Positions 6,514 to 10,151 of a stretch of DNA of 10,151 nt are shown here, piece by piece. The translations under genes and the position numbers were made by a program. The notes beneath the pieces were generated by a model, which saw only the letters and a program-made list of their open reading frames with translations, did no database searches and had not been told where the DNA came from. Location: assembly GCA_050701695.1 (NCBI GenBank), contig JBOGDE010000212.1, forward strand, positions 1-10,151. Direction: 5' to 3'. This DNA comes from Micromonosporaceae bacterium (GTDB lineage Bacteria; Actinomycetota; Actinomycetes; Mycobacteriales; Micromonosporaceae). The stretch's first letter is position 1. Each line of letters begins with the position of its first letter.

Positions 6514-7053
6514 TCAGGCCAGCAGCTCGCGGGGCCGTACGGTGACCTGGCCGGGGCCGAAGCTGATGGTGGCTTCATCGTCGGGGCCGAGCTGGAGCCG
6601 TTCGGCGTAGCCGTGGCCCTCCAGCTCGAAGACCAGCAGCTCGGGGCCCTCCGGGTCGATGATCCAGTAGCGCGGCAGTCCGGCGGCGGCGTACTTGCCG
6701 AACTTGCGGACCAGGTCGGCGGCGCGGTCCGTGGAGAGCACCTCGACGGCCAGATGTGGGGTGCCGTGGAACCGCTTGTCCTCCCCAGCCTCGTCGAAGA
6801 CGATCACGTCGGAGCCGAACTCGTCCGCGCCAGGTTTCCAGCCCCAGCTCATCCGAGCCCGCACACCCGGTGGCGTGGCCGCGTCGATCACCTACCACAA
6901 CCTTGCGCAGATGTCCTGGTGCCGCCCGCTGGGCATCGGGGACATCACGAGGCATCCGTCGATGTACTCGCCACGCACATCGGGGCCGAGGGCTTCGTAT
7001 TCGTCCCACGACATGGGGATGCGGTGTGCCTCGTCCACCGCGGGTCGCGCCAT
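6514..7053 (-). pseudogene. Uma2-family (DUF820) PD-(D/E)xK-type putative endonuclease interrupted by a single in-frame TAG (amber) codon
   Basis: The N-terminal part (7053..6895) reads [53 protein letters not shown], then TAG at 6894..6892. The same reading frame (all positions 0 mod 3) continues directly as VIDAATPPGV...FHGTPHLAVEVLSTDRAADLVRKFGKYAAAGLPRYWIIDPEGPELLVFEL...*. Both halves carry Uma2 hallmarks: (Y/W)xxxDGxL..MSP at the N-terminus and PDLAVEVLS...Y...G(V/L)PEYW(L/I)(V/I)DP at the C-terminus. The ATG at 7053 is preceded by GAGGAGG. The 13-nt spacing is longish. Confidence 0.8.
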
Positions 7054-7220
7054 AGCATGCACGGTACCTCCTCACGATTCGAACATGTGTACGAGATCCT
7101 AGATGGGTGGTACAACGAAACGGTGCGAGGACGAGCGTCGCCCAGGTGGTGGCGGGAAGTTGACGGAAGCTGGCGCGGATGCCGGTGGTCGGCGCCGAGG
7201 CGGCTGGTTAGCGTCGGCGG

Positions 7221-7634
7221 ATGACGATCGCAGCCTCCCGCGCGGGTAGCGCGGTGACCGCCACACCCGCCGCTCCCCACCAGGAGGCCGAGCGGCACTT
7301 CGCGGGGTTGCTCGCGTACGAGACCGACTGCTGGGACGTGCACGACGCGTACGCCCAGGGCGCCGTCGACTTCGTGCTGCTCGACGTCCGCGGCCCCGAG
7401 TTGTACGCCGCGGGCCACGTACCGGGGGCGGTGAACCTGCCACACGGACGGATCGTCGAACGGAACCTGGTGGCGTACCCACCGGAGACGCTGTTCGTCG
7501 TCTACTGCGCGGGGCCGCACTGCAACGGGGCGGACAAGGCGGCGCTGCGGCTGGCGCGGCTCGGGCGGCCGGTGAAGAAGATGATCGGCGGGGTCACCGG
7601 GTGGCTCGACGAGGGCTTCAGGCTGGAGCCGTGA
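7221..7634 (+). CDS. Single-domain rhodanese-like sulfurtransferase
   Basis: The 137-aa product contains ...VDFVLLDVRGPELYAAGHVPGAVNLPHG...LFVVYCAGPHCNGADKAALRLARLGRPVKKMIGGVTGWLDEGF, with the active-site Cys in VYCAG. An in-frame TAG at 7209-7211 leaves the ATG at 7221 as the only possible start. There is no convincing RBS (GGCGG only), so the transcript may be leaderless or short-leadered. Confidence 0.8.
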   Translation: MTIAASRAGSAVTATPAAPHQEAERHFAGLLAYETDCWDVHDAYAQGAVDFVLLDVRGPELYAAGHVPGAVNLPHGRIVERNLVAYPPETLFVVYCAGPHCNGADKAALRLARLGRPVKKMIGGVTGWLDEGFRLEP

Positions 7635-7724
7635 CGGGTCGGTATCGACGTATCCGGATGTCTTGACCGGCCGTACCGCCGGTGCCAGGGTCAGGCACAC
7701 CGGGGGCAGACCTAGGAGGAGTCC

Positions 7725-8642
7725 ATGCGAAGGCCGTTGACCGCACTGCTGCTGCTCGCCGCCGTCGCGTTCGTACCCAGCGCCGCATCCGCGCAGGTCG
7801 GCGGCGGGTTGACCGAGGGGTGCCTGTACACCGTCGACTCGGGGGAGGTGCCCGAGATGGCGCGGGGCGAGGGCAGTACTCCGCGTGAGCCCGAGCTGCG
7901 CATGACGTACCAGGAGCTGCCCGACAGCGCCAAGGGCAAGGGCAAGAAGTGGAGCAGCATCGTCACCGTGCCGGTGTGGTTCCACGTGGTGCACGACAAC
8001 GGGGTCGGCAACGTCTCCGACGCCGACATCGCGCGCCAGATCCGGATCATGAACAACGGCTACTCCGGGGCGTACGGCGGGTACGACCAGGGCTTCCGCT
8101 TCGAGCTGGTCGGCGTGACCCGTACCAACAACGCGGAGTGGTACAACGCCGGGCCGACCACGCCGGGTGAGCGCGCGATGAAGCAGGCGCTGCGGCGCGG
8201 CGACATGGGCACGCTGAACTACTACTCGACCACCGCCGGCCCGTACCTGGGCTGGGCGTACTACCCGGGGCTGCCGGACGCCACCGCCTACCTGGACGGG
8301 CTGGTCGTGGACTGGGAGTCGATGTACAAGACCTCCGACCGGTACGCCGGCCGCTACGACCTGGGCTTCACCGCGGTGCACGAGGTGGGGCACTGGTTCG
8401 CGCTGGCGCACACCTTCGACGGCGGCTGCAACGCGCACGGCGACCACGTCGACGACACCCCGGCGATGAAGGTGCCGACCAGCGGCTGCCCGGCCGACGG
8501 CACCAAGGACACCTGCCCGAGGGACCCGGGCTTCGACCCGATCCACAACTTCATGGACTACTCGACCGACTACTGCTACGAGGAGCTGACCCAGGGCCAG
8601 GCGGAGCGTTCCCGCGACTACTGGCTGGAGTTCCGCGCCTGA
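7725..8642 (+). CDS. Secreted zinc metalloprotease, peptidase family M43 (pappalysin/ulilysin-type metzincin)
   Basis: A signal peptide, MRRPLTALLLLAAVAFVPSAASA-QV, is present. The zinc-binding motif HEVGHWFALAHTF is at 8379-8411. A Met-turn, NFMDYS, and several Cys residues suggest disulfides. AGGAGGA (7714-7720) lies 4 nt before the ATG. Confidence 0.85.
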   Translation: MRRPLTALLLLAAVAFVPSAASAQVGGGLTEGCLYTVDSGEVPEMARGEGSTPREPELRMTYQELPDSAKGKGKKWSSIVTVPVWFHVVHDNGVGNVSDADIARQIRIMNNGYSGAYGGYDQGFRFELVGVTRTNNAEWYNAGPTTPGERAMKQALRRGDMGTLNYYSTTAGPYLGWAYYPGLPDATAYLDGLVVDWESMYKTSDRYAGRYDLGFTAVHEVGHWFALAHTFDGGCNAHGDHVDDTPAMKVPTSGCPADGTKDTCPRDPGFDPIHNFMDYSTDYCYEELTQGQAERSRDYWLEFRA

Positions 8643-8663
8643 GCGCTGAGCGCTGAGTGCTGA
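8640..8663 (+). repeat. Heptad tandem repeat TGAGCGC TGAGCGC TGAGTGC TGA, placing TGA stops in all three frames
   Basis: The TGAs at 8640, 8647, 8654 and 8661 cover frames 0, 1, 2 and 0. The first is the metalloprotease stop. Confidence 0.7.
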
Positions 8664-8664
8664 A

Positions 8665-8695
8665 GGGCCTGCCGGGCCGTCCACCCGGCAGGCCT
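8665..8695. terminator. Stem-loop (11-bp perfect GC-rich stem GGCCTGCCGGG/CCCGGCAGGCC plus one G-U pair, 7-nt loop) between convergent genes; likely bidirectional intrinsic terminator
   Basis: Pairing 8666-8676 with 8684-8694 was verified base by base. No U-tract follows, which is common in high-GC actinomycetes. The stem-loop sits between the 3' ends of the metalloprotease gene (+) and the 8777 gene (-). Confidence 0.55.
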
Positions 8696-8704
8696 CACGC
8701 TCGT

Positions 8705-8776
8705 CCGGGGCCGGGGCCGGGGCCGGGGCCGGGGCCGGGGCCGGGGCTGGGGCTGGGGCTGGGGCTGGGGCTGGGG
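8705..8776 (+). repeat. Hexanucleotide microsatellite (CCGGGG)7(CTGGGG)5, i.e. (GGGGCC)n/(GGGGCT)n; 12 consecutive G4 tracts on the + strand
   Basis: I counted units starting at 8705, 8711, 8717, 8723, 8729, 8735 and 8741 (CCGGGG), then 8747, 8753, 8759, 8765 and 8771 (CTGGGG). The repeat ends exactly at the stop codon (TGA at 8779..8777, minus strand) of the downstream convergent gene. Confidence 0.9.
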
Positions 8777-10022
8777 TCAGTCCTGGCCGCGGCGGGCGCG
8801 GTCGGCGAGCACCCACTCCAGGACAGCTTCCTCGTCCATCGGGTCCACCCCGTCGGCCACCATCCGGGACAGCATGTCGGTGACCGGCTCGCCGAGCGCC
8901 TCACCCGCCATCAGATCGGTGTACGGCACCACGAACTCGGTGATCGCGTGCCGGGTGGCCGCGATCGCCGGCACCGCCTCGTCGCGGACCCGCCCGGCGT
9001 ACGTGATGAACGCGTCGAGGATCTCCGGCAGCCATGGTGCCGCCCGGTGGCCGGGCGCGATCTGCCGCGGGGTCCAGTCCAGCAGGAACAGCTCCACCGC
9101 GGTCGGGCTCCAACGCAGCGGATCGCCGGTGTTGTCGTCGCAGCCGAAGTCGACCGCCGCGCGCGCCCCCCAGGCGATCACCTCGATGGCGGGCGGCTCC
9201 TGGCCGGGGCTCGACACCCCCACCAGCGTCGCCTCCGGCGCGTCCAGGAACGCCGCGACCACCACGTCTCGTTCCGCGTCGTCGAGCCGTCGCGGCCGCG
9301 GCGTCGGCTCTCCTTCCGGGAGTACGGCGAGCCGGGCCAGCGCGAAGCCCCGGTCCTCGTGGTACGTGTCGCTGTACGGCTCGGTCAGCTCGTCGGTGCG
9401 CCCCAGGTACGCGGTGGTGTCCGCGCGCAGCCGCCCGGCGTCCACCGTCTCGATCGTCAGCTCCGGGTCCTCGGCGCACTCGGTCTGCCAGGCGCCCACC
9501 ACCTGCGCGGCGGGCACTCCGACCGTGATGTCCTTGCAGCAGCCGAGGTTGTGGTCGAGCAGGTACGACACCGCGTGATCCGGCCCGCCCCGCTCCGGGT
9601 CGGGGTACTCGTACGTGGCGATGTACTGGGTCTGGTCGCCGTAGTTGTCGCGTACCGCCCAGGTGCCGGTGCAGGTCGCGGCGCCGGCGGAGTCGAGCCA
9701 CGCCGGGCCGGTCTTCGGCGCTTTCACCTGGTCCGGGACCACGGCGGCGAGGGCGGCGCGTACCCCCTGGGCCTCGCTGGTACGCCGTTTCGCCAAGTAG
9801 CCACCGAAGTCGGCGGCGAACTGGCGTACCGCGTCGGGGCCGTGGGAGTCGTCGGCGGCGGCGTACACCCCTCCCAGCAGCGCCGAGGCGGCGAGCTCGG
9901 CGTCGAGAGCGAGCGGCATCGCGGCGATCGGCGCGGCCTCTTTGAGGATCGCGCCGAAGACCAGGTCGGTGGGGCCGGCGGTGGACTCGGGCTGTGGGCG
10001 GCGCGGCATCCGGCCACCATAC
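8777..10022 (-). CDS. Hypothetical acidic protein (~415 aa), no recognisable domain
   Basis: The ORF is long, with strong third-position GC bias and protein-like composition: ...YIATYEYPDPERGGPDHAVSYLLDHNLGCCKDITVGVPAAQVVGAWQTECAEDPELTIETVD... I placed the start at the ATG at 10022..10020 (MPRRPQPESTAG...). The ORF-track alternative is the GTG at 10057. Neither has a strong RBS. The stop abuts the G-rich hexanucleotide repeat. Confidence 0.6.
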
Positions 10023-10109
10023 GCCGGGCGCTCACTCGATGTGGCTTGCGTCCTCACGCTCCAGCTCGACCAGCGACCGGACCTGGTCGTCGCCCAGTCG
10101 GCGTCCCGC

Positions 10110-10151
10110 TCACTTGGTGCGTTGAACGGTGCCCGACACGCCGATCGGGCC
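10110..10151 (-). CDS. 3' end (last 13 codons ...GPIGVSGTVQRTK*) of an unidentified upstream minus-strand gene
   Basis: A minus-strand reading frame is open from the window edge to the TGA at 10112..10110. This is too short to identify. It would form an operon with the 8777-10022 gene across a ~50-90 bp gap. Confidence 0.25.
   Translation of the reverse strand, partial: GPIGVSGTVQRTK

Noticed and set aside
7070-7090. CGATTCGAACATGTG, superficially like a tRNA T-arm (GGTTCGAATCC)
   Set aside because: There is no acceptor or anticodon stem context. The AT-richer stretch is more simply promoter DNA between divergent genes.
6945-8816. 623-aa minus-strand ORF antisense to the rhodanese and M43 protease genes (translating the SSR complement as (PA)n), plus the 6211..7224 + ORF
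   Set aside because: The sense genes carry unmistakable catalytic motifs. This ORF has low-complexity composition. The PAPAPA stretch is just the hexanucleotide repeat read in frame.
8695-8904. 69-aa minus ORF translating the hexanucleotide repeat as PGPGPG/PSPSPS
   Set aside because: It is almost entirely repeat-encoded, overlaps the better-supported 8777 gene out of frame, and has no start context.
1-10151. Checked for a CRISPR array, IS elements, integrase or transposase genes, and rRNA
   Set aside because: I saw no spaced direct repeats other than the SSR. I found no transposase or integrase motifs and no rRNA-like conserved stretches.

Overview
This is a high-GC (~70%) actinobacterial chromosomal segment. 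The codon usage looks Micromonosporaceae-like, but that is a guess. About eleven genes are tightly packed on both strands.

Gene content, in order:
- **1-2466, minus strand:** the 5' three quarters of a 2-oxo-acid dehydrogenase operon (bkd/pdh-type), E1-alpha then E1-beta then E2. E2 is cut by the window edge. E1-alpha and E1-beta are translationally coupled by an ATGA overlap.
- **2467-2934:** a ~470-bp non-coding divergent region.
- **2935-3714, plus strand:** a proline-rich single-pass membrane protein.
- **3694-6487:** the most interesting stretch.
  - On the minus strand, an NrtR-like regulator (Nudix hydrolase domain plus C-terminal winged-helix).
  - It is divergently transcribed from a plus-strand operon: SPFH/band-7 protein, then a 25-codon micro-ORF, then an atypical NAD-kinase-fold protein.
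  - Only 63 bp separate the divergent starts. This relatively AT-rich island holds a perfect 19-bp palindrome, TATCGTCACTGTGACGATA, a strong operator candidate.
- **6514-7053, minus strand:** a Uma2/DUF820 PD-(D/E)xK-type endonuclease gene interrupted by one in-frame TAG.
- **7221-7634, plus strand:** a single-domain rhodanese.
- **7725-8642, plus strand:** a secreted M43 (pappalysin/ulilysin-type) metzincin.
- **8640-8776:** a convergent intergenic region with a tri-frame stop heptad repeat, an 11-bp-stem hairpin terminator, and a 72-bp (GGGGCC)7(GGGGCT)5 hexanucleotide microsatellite with strong G-quadruplex potential.
- **8777-10022, minus strand:** a 415-426-aa acidic protein of unknown function.
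- **10110-10151, minus strand:** the stop-proximal fragment of another gene.

No rRNA, tRNA, CRISPR, IS or integrase signatures were seen. The many long ORFs antisense to these genes are GC-driven artefacts.
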